From the NCBI GenBank assembly GCA_041287245.1, contig JBEULP010000071.1, forward strand, positions 1 to 64,000: DNA of 64,000 nucleotides, given 5' to 3'. A model generated the notes under the pieces. It saw only the letters and a list, made by a program, of their open reading frames with translations, searched no databases and was not told the DNA's origin. Positions 9,669 through 19,702 of the stretch are shown here, in pieces. Every line of letters begins with the position of its first letter. The first letter of the stretch is position 1. A program made the translations under genes and the position numbers. Source of the stretch: Infirmifilum sp. Its GTDB lineage: Archaea > Thermoproteota > Thermoprotei > Thermofilales > Thermofilaceae.

Positions 9669-11549
9669 TCATACCTCGATAATGTTTGGAGAGCCCCGCT
9701 TAAATTCCTTAAGTATTCTTCTAACCGCTAGCACTATCCCGGTTAACAATAATATGAGCAGGGCGAGTTCCAGGTGGGAAGTAGTTACAGTGAAACCTGG
9801 AAGTATAGCTACAACGTCCAGGGAAATTGTTTTGAAAGAATCAGACGTCAAGGTGACGTTATATTCCGTGTCGCCAACAATTATTCGGTAAGTGCCTTGG
9901 GGTAGTAGGCCTATGTCTGCGCGACCTGAGGCGTCGGTTAATGCTTCCCTTCTAATGCCTTCTCCGATAACCAAGAGGTTTATGTTCCCTAAAGGCTGGT
10001 TCAAAGCCCCCAGCAGTTGGAGCTTAAACCTGTAAACGGGTAGCGAGAACACAAAAGTGTTCTGAATGTCCGAAACCTCAACAACTCCCTCGTAAACCTT
10101 ATCTCTCGATATATAAACTGAGAAAGTATATCTTCCAGGCACCACGCCCTCAAGTATAGCTCTTCCTCCCTTCGAAGTAGTATTGTAAGCCAACCCCGCA
10201 TTTTCTAAGACTAGCGTGTAATTACTCATCGGCTCTCCAGTTCCTTCACGTATAAGTGTGAACTGAACTGTTGTTGTATTAGTCGTAATTGGAAGATATG
10301 AGTCTCCAGAAAGCTGAACTGCACCTCGAAATATAACATTATTAGCGACGTAGACAACTATTAGATAGTCTCCTGGTGGGAGTGGACACACCTGGCCTTC
10401 GCCGTTTAGTGCCTTGCCTGAGGCTATGATTCTTCCCTGTGAATACAAAGTATAATAGGCATTTGCAACTTTACCTCCCATTTTATCGTACAAAGTAAAG
10501 CTTAGCGCGTAAACGGGAGGATTTATTGTAAAACTAGGAGGAGGCGTTGAGACTATCACATCAACAAGGGATAAACCTCCTCGGAAGAAACGGAAGGTAA
10601 GTGTCGTGTTATCACCCGGGAGTACTGCGGCAGTTTCAGACGCACCGGAGACCTGAGAAGACGTTACGACACGGTAGCTAACACCTGTCAGCCCGCATAG
10701 AGATGTGGGTTGAGCAACGTTGAAGGATACGGGGTAAACGACGGGCTTGAAATATATTTCTGTAAAATTGACCTTCGAGAGTATTATTTTGGGAGGACTT
10801 CCAATTACCATGTTTTTTAACCCTTTGCTTAAGTTGAGAAAAACCGGGCTGTTAACATAAATGAGCTTTTCAGGATAAGGAGGGAATTGTATCGTATCGC
10901 CAAATTTTCTCTCAAAGCCGTAAATGTAAGAATATGATGCCTTTAGGAAGTCTCCTCGAAGAGTAACGTTTTCGAAAGGTATTATCACCTCCACAACTGT
11001 TAGCGTTTCACCCAGTATCGATACCGTGGTTTTATTAGTAGTGAAGAATGGCCTACTTAGAACGTTACCAACATTGTCACTACGCAGGAGCAATGTCACC
11101 TTTAACCCGAGAGCGGAAAAACCGGGTATTTTGGGAATCGTGACGTTAAGAGGATAAGTTGTAGAGCCACCAGGGAGTGTGAAGAGTGCCAGAATTGGGG
11201 AGTGCGGAGGCATATCCTGAAAAGTTACCTCTACTCTGTGGGAGGCACCGTCCAGCGTAACTACTGCAGAGTCCCATAATGTACCAGTGCCCATTTCCGG
11301 CTCGTATGTTATTCCATCTACACGTATAACGAGCGGTTGTTTTCCAGCTGAGGAGTCAGTTCTAATCACGAGGACTTTAGAAGACGTTGTTACCGAGAGA
11401 GTATTGCCAGTGATTAAATAGTAGCTACTCCTCCAAGAAGATCCATTGTATTCTAAGACCTCAGCATAGCTTACATATACGCTGGGGGCAGCGAGAATTA
11501 TAGGTGCTAGGAAAACGACTATGACGGAGACAAGTACTGCGGCGCGCAT
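9669..11549 (-). CDS. Membrane-anchored surface glycoprotein with carboxypeptidase-regulatory/Ig-like repeats
   Basis: Signal peptide, repeated LPPGDY/VVPGRY/LPQGTY beta-sandwich motifs, many N-x-S/T sequons, C-terminal TM helix followed by basic residues. Confidence 0.8.
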   Translation of the reverse strand: MRAAVLVSVIVVFLAPIILAAPSVYVSYAEVLEYNGSSWRSSYYLITGNTLSVTTSSKVLVIRTDSSAGKQPLVIRVDGITYEPEMGTGTLWDSAVVTLDGASHRVEVTFQDMPPHSPILALFTLPGGSTTYPLNVTIPKIPGFSALGLKVTLLLRSDNVGNVLSRPFFTTNKTTVSILGETLTVVEVIIPFENVTLRGDFLKASYSYIYGFERKFGDTIQFPPYPEKLIYVNSPVFLNLSKGLKNMVIGSPPKIILSKVNFTEIYFKPVVYPVSFNVAQPTSLCGLTGVSYRVVTSSQVSGASETAAVLPGDNTTLTFRFFRGGLSLVDVIVSTPPPSFTINPPVYALSFTLYDKMGGKVANAYYTLYSQGRIIASGKALNGEGQVCPLPPGDYLIVVYVANNVIFRGAVQLSGDSYLPITTNTTTVQFTLIREGTGEPMSNYTLVLENAGLAYNTTSKGGRAILEGVVPGRYTFSVYISRDKVYEGVVEVSDIQNTFVFSLPVYRFKLQLLGALNQPLGNINLLVIGEGIRREALTDASGRADIGLLPQGTYRIIVGDTEYNVTLTSDSFKTISLDVVAILPGFTVTTSHLELALLILLLTGIVLAVRRILKEFKRGSPNIIEV

Positions 11550-11666
11550 GTAGGCTCATCTAGCTTCATATTAATTAAGTCGATAATTTGAAAGTGTTGT
11601 TCATCTTAACCTCTAGAGTCGTACCGTAATAGGTCAAATTTATATGGTCTCCTGTATAAGAGACTT

Positions 11667-13283
11667 GTGCATTGGATCGAGAACGTTGCAAAGGAGCTGC
11701 TTGCAGAGTCGCGAGAAAAGGAAGTTGTGACTGGAAACGGTGGGTTATCTGTTTCGGGGTTACAACATGTTGGTAGACTCAGAGGCGAAATTACGATCGT
11801 AGATACTGTTCTAAGGATTCTCCGTGAGAACGATAAAGACACAAGGCATCTGCTTACACTTTACACGGTTGACGCTTGGAAAGGAAAAGAGGGACAATTA
11901 CGCCAGTTTAATAAGCCCGAGGAAGCGCGTATGTATATAGGATGGCCTCTATACAAGGTACCAGACCCTTACGGATGCCACGAAAGCTGGGTTGACCATT
12001 ACTGGGAGGATTTTGGATCGTATCTAGACAGGTTTGCCGAGAAAGTCGAGGTTGTAACGACAAAGGAGTTATATGAGAAAAATGAAAAAATGAAAAAATT
12101 CGTTTTACTCTCGGTTACCACCCTCCGCGAGAAAGTTATTAACACTCTTAATGAGTACAGAGGTGAGAAGAAACTTAGCAGTGACTCTATCCCTTTCCAG
12201 CCAATATGTGAGAAGTGTGGGCGAATAGACACTACGGAAGCTGTTGAGGTTGACCCGCAAAACTACCGTGTAAGATACCGGTGTAAACACTGCGGCCACG
12301 AGGGCTGGCAAAGCTTAACCGCTGGAAAACTAAACTGGCGGGTCGAGTGGGTTGGCGTCTGGTACTCCCTCGACGTTATGTTCGAGCCCTTTGGCAAAGA
12401 CCATGCTACCCCAGGCGGCTCAAGAGACAGCTGTAACAGGCTAGCACAAAATGTATACGGCTTTAAGCCCCCAATGGGTCTCGCATACGAGTGGGTTGGC
12501 TACCGTTCTAGAGGAAAAGACCTTGGCGATATGGGTTCCAGTGATTTCATTGGCTTCTCGCCGAGAAGCTGGGTTGAAGTGGCAGAACCTGAAGTGCTAC
12601 GCTTCATTTATCTTGCTTCCCCACCGATGAGACGTGTCGTGTTAAGCCTCGAGGAGATCCCAAGTTACTATGATAATTTCGATAAAGCCGAGAGAATATT
12701 CTACGGCATCGAAGAAGGAGATGAAGACACCGCTAAGAGCTATCGTTTATCACTCATCCGACCGCCGGCTCCTAGGGCGCCTTTCCAATTGAGGTACATC
12801 AATGCTATGATACTTGCACAAGTGTTGCCGGGTGGTGGCGAAAGTATAGATGAGGTCATCCAGAGGCTCAGGGAGACTAAGCAGTTACAGCGCGAGCTGG
12901 AAGCGTGGGAGCTTGAAAGAATAAGGACGCGTATTATTCTAGCTAAGAGGTGGCTCCAGAAATACGCCCCCGATTATTACCGGATATCAATTGTTGAGAA
13001 AATACCTGTAGAGGAGCTTAAAGGTGTGATGACGACCTCATCGGCTAGATTGTTGAAGGAGCTAGCTCTTCATCTGAAAACTCTGGAGGAGTGGAGTGAA
13101 GAGTCTATCAAAAACGCCATGATGAGTTTAAAGAAGGATCAAGAGGAAAAGAACTTCTTCCAATGTCTATATCTAGCCTTTTTTGGAAAGCCAAACGGTC
13201 CTAGGATAGCGCCTTACCTCGCTATGCTTAATAAAGACTTTGTCGTTAAACGCCTCGAGGAAGTCTCTTCACTAAAAGGGTGA
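11667..13283 (+). CDS. lysS: Lysine--tRNA ligase, class I
   Basis: MHWIE, SGLQHVG, GKLNWRVEW, FEPFGKDHA, MGSS, GPRIAP. Confidence 0.95.
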   Translation: MHWIENVAKELLAESREKEVVTGNGGLSVSGLQHVGRLRGEITIVDTVLRILRENDKDTRHLLTLYTVDAWKGKEGQLRQFNKPEEARMYIGWPLYKVPDPYGCHESWVDHYWEDFGSYLDRFAEKVEVVTTKELYEKNEKMKKFVLLSVTTLREKVINTLNEYRGEKKLSSDSIPFQPICEKCGRIDTTEAVEVDPQNYRVRYRCKHCGHEGWQSLTAGKLNWRVEWVGVWYSLDVMFEPFGKDHATPGGSRDSCNRLAQNVYGFKPPMGLAYEWVGYRSRGKDLGDMGSSDFIGFSPRSWVEVAEPEVLRFIYLASPPMRRVVLSLEEIPSYYDNFDKAERIFYGIEEGDEDTAKSYRLSLIRPPAPRAPFQLRYINAMILAQVLPGGGESIDEVIQRLRETKQLQRELEAWELERIRTRIILAKRWLQKYAPDYYRISIVEKIPVEELKGVMTTSSARLLKELALHLKTLEEWSEESIKNAMMSLKKDQEEKNFFQCLYLAFFGKPNGPRIAPYLAMLNKDFVVKRLEEVSSLKG

Positions 13284-13633
13284 TGAACGTGGCGTGGTCG
13301 GATTATATGGGTGAGACTGTAAAACCTAGCCTGCTACTTATCATAGTGACCATTATACCGCTTTTCCTGAACATTGGAATATTCATAGTTACCGATGGGT
13401 TTAACGTTAAGCCCACATACCCGCCTTTCCTATACATGTTCGGAACTCTTGTCATGGCGGTGCTAGCAGTAGTAACAGCTATCATCGGTTTCACTATGGC
13501 AAGAGACGAAGAACCCGAATGGGGCTCAAAAGTAACTTTCAAGGCTATCGAGGGGGTCAATGTTTTTTCAATATTACTCTCTATTGTATTCGCGCTACTG
13601 ATTGTCCTAATGTATTTTCTCAAGGGAGTATAG
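13280..13633 (+). CDS. Small membrane protein (3 TM)
   Basis: Three hydrophobic segments; overlaps lysS stop. True start may be a later ATG. Confidence 0.65.
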   Translation: MMNVAWSDYMGETVKPSLLLIIVTIIPLFLNIGIFIVTDGFNVKPTYPPFLYMFGTLVMAVLAVVTAIIGFTMARDEEPEWGSKVTFKAIEGVNVFSILLSIVFALLIVLMYFLKGV

Positions 13634-13753
13634 CCTTCTTCCAACAATATAGCTTTCTCGTCCGGTTTTCAGCTTATAATGCCATATAAAGAAGCGAGAA
13701 TATTCTAAGCTACCTTATGGTGGTTTCACAGGAGCCCGAATGTATGATGGCTA

Positions 13754-15229
13754 TTACTTGCCACAGATCTCTTTAAGATGTTCTATTTCCTCATCACGTC
13801 TTTTAATCTCTTCACGCAATGCTACGTTTTCCCGTTCTAGCTGCTGCAACCTGTTCTCGAGCTCTGCAAGCCTATTCAGCTTATCCTCGAGGGCTTTTTC
13901 ACGAGAGTCAAGTTCTAGTTTCCTAGCCTCAAGACGTTCACGTAACTCTACCAAAGCACTCTCCTTAGAGGCTACCATACGCTGATAGCCGACTAGCTCA
14001 CGTTCTTTCTCAAGGAGGCGTTTCTCCCATTCTATAAGGCGCTCGTTCTCCTTCATCATTTTCTCGCGGATGGGTTCCAGTTCCTCCTTTATGCGACGCT
14101 CCCGATTTGTTATCTCCTCGTTTAATTTTTTAAGGTAGGCTTCTTTTTCCGCAACCTGCCGTGATAGCTCCTCGTATCGAGTTATTAGGGTAGCTACGCG
14201 ACGTTCCTTCTCAGAAAGCTCCCTTTCTAGCCTTGCTAGTTCCTCCATTTTTTCGGAATATGTTTTCTCACGTTTCATCAGATCCTCTTCCCACGCTTTC
14301 AGCTTCTTTTCAAGTTCGCCAAGCTCTAGCCGTAGCTTTCTGAGTTCTTCGCTTTCTGTTGCAACCTTATTCGCGAAGAGTTTAAGCTCGTTTTCTCTTC
14401 TCTCCAGCTCTACATGTTTAGTATTGAGCTCGTTTTCCTTTTGCCTGAGAAACTCTATGTATTTTACGAGGTCGCCAACTTCAGGTATTCTGGAGACAGC
14501 CTTGTTTATTTGCTCAAACAGGGGAGTAAGGGCCTTCTCGCGCTCCTGGAGCAGCCTTTCCTTTTCCTCTAGTTTCGCCCGCATATCCTCTATTTCCTTT
14601 ACTTGTTTAGAAAGGCTCTCGGCCTTCGCTGCAAGCTGCGAATATTCTTCAACCAGTTTCGTATACTTCTGCGTCTCCTCCATCAGGGATTTTACAAGAG
14701 CTTCAGAGTTAGCATAGGTTGTGCTAAGCCCCTCCAATAACTTAGCCATGTTATCTAGAGAGTCTCGGAGTAGACTGTGAGTTTCGGAGATGCCTTGAAG
14801 CTCTCCAATAATCTTTTTCACTTCGCCAAGCCCGGTCAAATGAGATTTTATCTCCTCAAGTTGCCCGCCAACCCCCTCCTTAAAGCTCTCAAAAGTTGAC
14901 TGTTGCCGCTGAAGCAACTCCAGCTGCTCTACTAACCTCTTATCTAGATCTTCGAGCCTCTTATCTAGATCTTCGAGCAAAGACAGTTTCTCAAAAGTTG
15001 ACTGTTGCCGCTGAAGCAACTCTATTGTATCAGCGAGCATACCACGCAGTTCTTCAAGGGATGCTTGTAGCTGCACTTGAATACTCCTGAGGTTCGTGCG
15101 AAGGGGGTCTTGCAGTGTTTCCGGTAGAGTGCTAAGTTTACGATCGATGTTACTAAGCGCAGTCTGAAGTTCCACTAGTACTTTCTCCTTAAGCTCTTCG
15201 CTCTCTCTTGTTTTCTTCAGAAAAGACAT
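13754..15229 (-). CDS. Long coiled-coil protein (491 aa)
   Basis: E/K/L/R-rich heptad pattern along nearly the whole length; no recognisable ATPase motif. Confidence 0.85.
   Translation of the reverse strand: MSFLKKTRESEELKEKVLVELQTALSNIDRKLSTLPETLQDPLRTNLRSIQVQLQASLEELRGMLADTIELLQRQQSTFEKLSLLEDLDKRLEDLDKRLVEQLELLQRQQSTFESFKEGVGGQLEEIKSHLTGLGEVKKIIGELQGISETHSLLRDSLDNMAKLLEGLSTTYANSEALVKSLMEETQKYTKLVEEYSQLAAKAESLSKQVKEIEDMRAKLEEKERLLQEREKALTPLFEQINKAVSRIPEVGDLVKYIEFLRQKENELNTKHVELERRENELKLFANKVATESEELRKLRLELGELEKKLKAWEEDLMKREKTYSEKMEELARLERELSEKERRVATLITRYEELSRQVAEKEAYLKKLNEEITNRERRIKEELEPIREKMMKENERLIEWEKRLLEKERELVGYQRMVASKESALVELRERLEARKLELDSREKALEDKLNRLAELENRLQQLERENVALREEIKRRDEEIEHLKEICGK
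14887..15022. repeat. Intragenic direct repeats: 34-bp repeat (14887-14920, 14989-15022) flanking a 2x21-bp tandem (14936-14977)
   Basis: TCTCAAAAGTTGACTGTTGCCGCTGAAGCAACTC occurs twice; CCTCTTATCTAGATCTTCGAG occurs twice in tandem. Confidence 0.95.
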
Positions 15230-15410
15230 ACCGCATCTGAAGTATTGTATACTTACAGTTATAATTTAGTATCGCTGACTATACTGCACCTTGATTTTCG
15301 GCTTCATTTTTCTCAACGTGATTCAGACTTCACACGCAAAAGTCTAGTGCTGTCAGGGTTGCAAGAGTTAAAAAATTCTTAAAAATTCATATCTAAAAGG
15401 AGACGGCAGG

Positions 15411-16058
15411 CTAACCTTCTTGTTTTTGACCGTATGCTTCTCGGACGAGTTTCTCTAAATTTGACATTTTAAGAGAGAGCTCCTGGTTTGAAAGCCTGAG
15501 CTCATTTAATGATGCAAGAAGAGTCTCTTCAAACCTCCCTATTCTTTGTGAGAGTTCGCTTATAAGAGCCTCCGTATCACTATACTTTGATTTTAAGCTG
15601 CCGGTTTCTGCCTTGACCGCTGCTGTCGTATCCGTTAAGACAAGCTCCACCTCCTTAAGCTGAGATAGAATAGTATTAGTGTCCGCTCCTATTTCATGCA
15701 GTGCGTCAAATAAGCGCTGCGTCTCGGTCGAGAGCTTTTCTAAAAATAAATCTAATGAAACCCTTACATCTCGGGTTACATTCTGAGTTTCGCGTTTAAG
15801 CTCCTCCATAGTTTTTGTGTTCTCTTCAGATAATTTCTCCCGTTCAGCCTTGAGAGTTTGGAGATAACTCTCCATTGTCTTCTCGAGTTCTCTTATATTA
15901 TCCTGTAGCGACCCTACTCGGGAATTGAGAAAGTCAAGAGTAACTTTGAGAGCATATACACCGTTGTTAAGCCTCTGCAAAGCCGCTAGAAGAACAGCTA
16001 TGTCGCCCTCTCCAACCTCAACAATCTCAATATCATCCTCTCGATCCGAAACCGACAT
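15411..16058 (-). CDS. Coiled-coil protein
   Basis: Heptad-rich. Likely start ATG 16058 (MSVSDRED); the ORF track extends to 16115. Confidence 0.75.
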   Translation of the reverse strand: MSVSDREDDIEIVEVGEGDIAVLLAALQRLNNGVYALKVTLDFLNSRVGSLQDNIRELEKTMESYLQTLKAEREKLSEENTKTMEELKRETQNVTRDVRVSLDLFLEKLSTETQRLFDALHEIGADTNTILSQLKEVELVLTDTTAAVKAETGSLKSKYSDTEALISELSQRIGRFEETLLASLNELRLSNQELSLKMSNLEKLVREAYGQKQEG

Positions 16059-16083
16059 GAAGCCCGACGATAATAAAATTAAA

Positions 16084-16497
16084 CTAGGATAAATCACTAT
16101 TGTTGGAATGTCCACGCTTCGCTCCTTGTTGTTTCTGTACCTGTAGAGAACTAACCATTTTATCTATAGCCTCCTTATCTGTTTGGGAGAAGTCGCTCTT
16201 CGAGGCTATTCTAGCTCCTCTCTCGGTTAGCTTGTAGTACGGCTTGTAGAGGTTCAAGTAATTACCACCAGTTGAATATATGATTTTCAAGAACCCTTTC
16301 TGCACTAAATGCTCCAGCTTCTCGTCAAGGTTTTTAGAGTATGGAACCTGTCCTACAAAAGTAAAGCCCAGCTTAACTCCATATTCGTTCTGAAGCTTGT
16401 ATATAAGCTCGTGAATTCTCCGCCTGGAAACCGCTTTACCATATGTGTAGAAAAAGTAGAGTAGCTTTTTCTCTGTTTGGTCGAGTTTTACAGGCAA
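16084..16497 (-). CDS. Winged-helix protein (YwgA/SocA-like)
   Basis: SRRRIHELIY, PYSKNLDEKLEHLVQKGFL, YKLTERG. Confidence 0.7.
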   Translation of the reverse strand: MPVKLDQTEKKLLYFFYTYGKAVSRRRIHELIYKLQNEYGVKLGFTFVGQVPYSKNLDEKLEHLVQKGFLKIIYSTGGNYLNLYKPYYKLTERGARIASKSDFSQTDKEAIDKMVSSLQVQKQQGAKRGHSNNSDLS

Positions 16498-16557
16498 TAA
16501 AAACCACCATTCGAATCCTAAAAATTAAAATTTAAAAAGATTTTCTTTCTTAAAACC

Positions 16558-16843
16558 ATGAGCACACACGAGCACTTGTGAAATCTGCGGCAAGCATACC
16601 GACAAGCTATATTTGTGTAGGTTGTGCGGGAGAGAAGTCTGTCCAGCGCATTTCGACAAAGAAAAAGGTGTTTGTGTTGCATGTCATGAGACTTTGTGCG
16701 ACGTCTGCGGAAATAAACTTTCAATCGGGTATTGCGCTGTGTGTGGACGTCTAGTCTGTGAGGACTGCGCAGTAGAGGTAGGATCTGCGCTAATATGCAG
16801 AGACTGTCTGAAAAAAGGGGTAAAGTTATCACTTAATCTTTAG
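16558..16843 (+). CDS. Small multi-Cys zinc-finger protein; apparent frameshift just after the start codon
   Basis: The frame of the 16613 ORF extends upstream as TCEICGKHTDKLYLCRLC but has no start codon. ATG at 16558 is out of frame. Multiple CxxC pairs. Confidence 0.7.
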
Positions 16844-17455
16844 CTTGTATACGCCCTTCTTCTCCTCGATTATTATAAGCCCCGTATAGTCTCCATGATA
16901 TAGTTTAAATTCTACTTCTCTTGGATCCAATCCTGCTTTTTTCAACTCGCCGCGCAACCGTGAGACAATGTTATCCACAGCTTTCCTGAAAAGCTCGTTG
17001 TATGTCTTTAGCTCCTCGCTCCTGGAGAGATAGATGCTCCGGAGCTTGACACTTACATAGAACTTCATAATGTACGAGATATTTAAAATTATGAGGGTGA
17101 AGAGGAGGATAAAGTAGGATAGAATGGGCTCTAGATTTAGAAGTAAAAGAACCAGGGCTCCTACCATTCCAGCAAAGGAGCCCATAAATATAATGTCGGC
17201 GAGTGTATCAATTCTCTTGATTTTTGAGAAGTTTTCCGCCTGTGTGGGTATTAGGGATATTTTCTTAAGCACTTCGGTAACATTTTTCCATAGCTCGCCC
17301 TCCAGGTTTAGATCATATATATATCGAAGGCTGCGGCTAGTATTGAAGAGCTTGAGAGCTCTTATAGCATCAAGCTCTTCTACTAGCTCTTTCATTAGCT
17401 TAGCCCTTTTACGTGAACGCTCACGTGGAGACAAAGACACGATATAAGAAAGCAC
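16829..17455 (-). CDS. Hypothetical membrane protein (2 TM)
   Basis: 208-aa ORF with a central hydrophobic hairpin, co-oriented with the upstream udg cluster. Confidence 0.7.
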   Translation of the reverse strand: MLSYIVSLSPRERSRKRAKLMKELVEELDAIRALKLFNTSRSLRYIYDLNLEGELWKNVTEVLKKISLIPTQAENFSKIKRIDTLADIIFMGSFAGMVGALVLLLLNLEPILSYFILLFTLIILNISYIMKFYVSVKLRSIYLSRSEELKTYNELFRKAVDNIVSRLRGELKKAGLDPREVEFKLYHGDYTGLIIIEEKKGVYKLKIK

Positions 17456-17482
17456 ATTGATATTTAATCCTTTTAGTTATAG

Positions 17483-18130
17483 TTAGAGATAGGAATCCAG
17501 CGTGTGCTGTCCAACCCTCCCTTCTCCTTTTATAATTCTAGTTATCTCCCGGAAATCCGCTTCCAACACTGATCTTATCCTAGGATTATAGAGCGCTGCT
17601 GCAGGGTGCAAGGTGGGAAAAATCTTAACCTCCCCCCAGCTCGCGTTAAATCTAAACGTTTTACCTCTAACACTCATTATCGCCTCCGTTTTATAGCCGT
17701 ATAAGCCTAGAATCGTACGCGTACTGTGCCTTCCTAGCGTGACTATAACCCTTGGTTTTATGATCTCAAGCTGTTGTTGTAAGAATGGCAGACATGCTTG
17801 AATCTCGTCTTCAAGCGGATCCCTGTTCTCCGGCGGCCGACACTTCACTACATTCGTTATGAACACGCTTTCGCGTTGAATGCCATTGGTTGTTAATAGC
17901 TGTGTTAGGAGCTGACCTGCCGCGCCGACGAAGGGCCTGCCCTGCAAGTCCTCGTTTTGCCCCGGAGCCTCGCCTATAAGCACAACATGTTGACAAGGAT
18001 CCCCCTCGCCTGGGACAGTCTTTGTCCTGGTTTGATGGAGTGGGCAACGGGTGCACCTGTTGATTTCCTCGGCTATCGCGGCGAGTTTTTTCCTTATCTC
18101 GTCGCATTCACTCGACGAGGAGCTCTGCAT
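17483..18130 (-). CDS. udg: Uracil-DNA glycosylase family 4 (Fe-S)
   Basis: CTRCPL, GEAPG, GRPFVGAAG, TNVVKCRPP, HPAA. Start ATG 18130 preferred. Confidence 0.95.
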   Translation of the reverse strand: MQSSSSSECDEIRKKLAAIAEEINRCTRCPLHQTRTKTVPGEGDPCQHVVLIGEAPGQNEDLQGRPFVGAAGQLLTQLLTTNGIQRESVFITNVVKCRPPENRDPLEDEIQACLPFLQQQLEIIKPRVIVTLGRHSTRTILGLYGYKTEAIMSVRGKTFRFNASWGEVKIFPTLHPAAALYNPRIRSVLEADFREITRIIKGEGRVGQHTLDSYL

Positions 18131-18512
18131 GCTCTCTCCCCACACGGAGGATAGCCTTGTCCCCTGTCTTAAGCAGGTTAAGAGCCTCTTCACCTATCCT
18201 AGTCATCGAGGTTACCCCGCCAATTATACAGCCTATTATAACAACCTCATCAGGCTTAACAGTAACAATGCCTGCTGGCGCTACGCCACGCCTAGCCATC
18301 CGGAGTATGACGTATGAGCCGACAGTACTACCCTTAGAGTGGGGTAAAATGAGTATTTTCCCTTTAAGCCTTGTTCCTCTTAGCGCATGACCTGGTTCAA
18401 CGACCTCCGAGGTTGAAGGGTCAACACCGCCGTAGAAAGTTAAAGGTTGTGGCGATACTACGAGCTCGCCGACCACTTCACCCTCAGTGATCGGGGAACC
18501 CCTGAACCTCAC
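18108..18512 (-). CDS. Aconitase X small subunit (DUF126), probable phosphomevalonate dehydratase small subunit
   Basis: TFYGGVDP and KGSTVGS; coupled to the DUF521 gene. Confidence 0.88.
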   Translation of the reverse strand: MRFRGSPITEGEVVGELVVSPQPLTFYGGVDPSTSEVVEPGHALRGTRLKGKILILPHSKGSTVGSYVILRMARRGVAPAGIVTVKPDEVVIIGCIIGGVTSMTRIGEEALNLLKTGDKAILRVGREHAELLVE

Positions 18513-19702
18513 GCTTCACCACCGAAAGCATAATCCAGAGCTCTTTGCCTGGGCATCAGTGTAACATCATAGCCCTGTGCTTTCAGGTAGAAAGCAGCTT
18601 TTCCAGAATCTGTGACGATACTGGTCCCGGCATATCTCGACAGAGGAGAGACAACCATACAGGTATCCGCGAATACATGAACGTTCTTCTCCTTAAGCTT
18701 AGGGATAACCCCTCTGACACTCTCATAAACAGTTCTGCTGGTGTAAAGGAAAACTTTGTGTTTGGCCGCCCCCCTTTCGTTAACCAGCCTTAGAATGTCT
18801 ATTATTTCCTCTATGGAGAGGTGTGGACATCCCAAAACAACGGTGGCTTCACCACCGCCAAGGTATGCTTCGCGGACTTCACGCAGCATCCCAGCGTCCA
18901 CCTTTACAGTCTCAACCCCTACAACCTGGGGCTTTTCAGGGGAAACATTCTCGATTAGAACAAGTCCTGTACCTCCGGAGGCACCGGCGGCTGCTAGGAA
19001 AAGCTTTATCTCGCTAGTTCTCCCTGGTGTCAGCTCTAACCCCCTTACAAGCGGAACTTTTTCGCCTGAAAGAGAGCCTACGAGGAGCCCAGCCGCGGAA
19101 TATGCACTTTCCGCTTCAATTGTTCTTCCAATATCCGAAAAGTCAATCACCAGCTGGGGAATACGATTAGCTTCGAGGTGAAGACCTGCAAGAGGGGCTC
19201 TTCCAACTACTGCTTCGAAGAGTGCTAGTGGTCCTCCATCCCGGTTTGTCCTAGCACCGATAACACTGTTTGCGTAGAGCACAGCATTACTCTCAGACCA
19301 AGCCAGGTGATCCCCGTAATGGATGTCCCCGTATAGATATGGTGTACATGTAAGGGTTGGTTTAACACCTAGAGCCGATAAAGCCTCTATAATCCTCATT
19401 TGCTTCTTGTAGAAATCGCTGTCTATACCCATAAACATCCAGTTACCTGTATCAAACCCTGCAGGGTTCATCGTGGTAGGTACGCTCACCCGGGCACCTT
19501 TCCTGGCAAGCTCTTCTAAAAATTCTAACCCCTCATCTCCTATGTTCTTGTAAGAAATACCTGAAACATGAGCATTTTTAATCCTTACTAGTCTCTCAGC
19601 CCCGAGGGCCTCTGCTACGCGTACGACAGACTTCATAGCTAGTGCTAACGCCTCTCCAAATTCGCCATTAAGCATCTTCTCCTCTTCAGGATCTAAGTAC
19701 AT
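18509..19702 (-). CDS. Aconitase X large subunit (DUF521), probable phosphomevalonate dehydratase large subunit
   Basis: AHVSGISY, TCTPY, WSESNA, LGCPH, DTCMVVSP, TDSGKAAFY. Confidence 0.9.
   Translation of the reverse strand: MYLDPEEEKMLNGEFGEALALAMKSVVRVAEALGAERLVRIKNAHVSGISYKNIGDEGLEFLEELARKGARVSVPTTMNPAGFDTGNWMFMGIDSDFYKKQMRIIEALSALGVKPTLTCTPYLYGDIHYGDHLAWSESNAVLYANSVIGARTNRDGGPLALFEAVVGRAPLAGLHLEANRIPQLVIDFSDIGRTIEAESAYSAAGLLVGSLSGEKVPLVRGLELTPGRTSEIKLFLAAAGASGGTGLVLIENVSPEKPQVVGVETVKVDAGMLREVREAYLGGGEATVVLGCPHLSIEEIIDILRLVNERGAAKHKVFLYTSRTVYESVRGVIPKLKEKNVHVFADTCMVVSPLSRYAGTSIVTDSGKAAFYLKAQGYDVTLMPRQRALDYAFGGEA

Noticed and set aside
13280..13330. GTGATGA box-C-like motif after lysS
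   Set aside because: Explained by the stop/start overlap; no matching D box.
14887..15022. Repeats considered as a mini-CRISPR
   Set aside because: Only two copies, in frame within a coding sequence; no leader or cas genes.
13754..15229. SMC/Rad50 assignment
   Set aside because: No Walker A/B, signature, hinge or zinc-hook motif.
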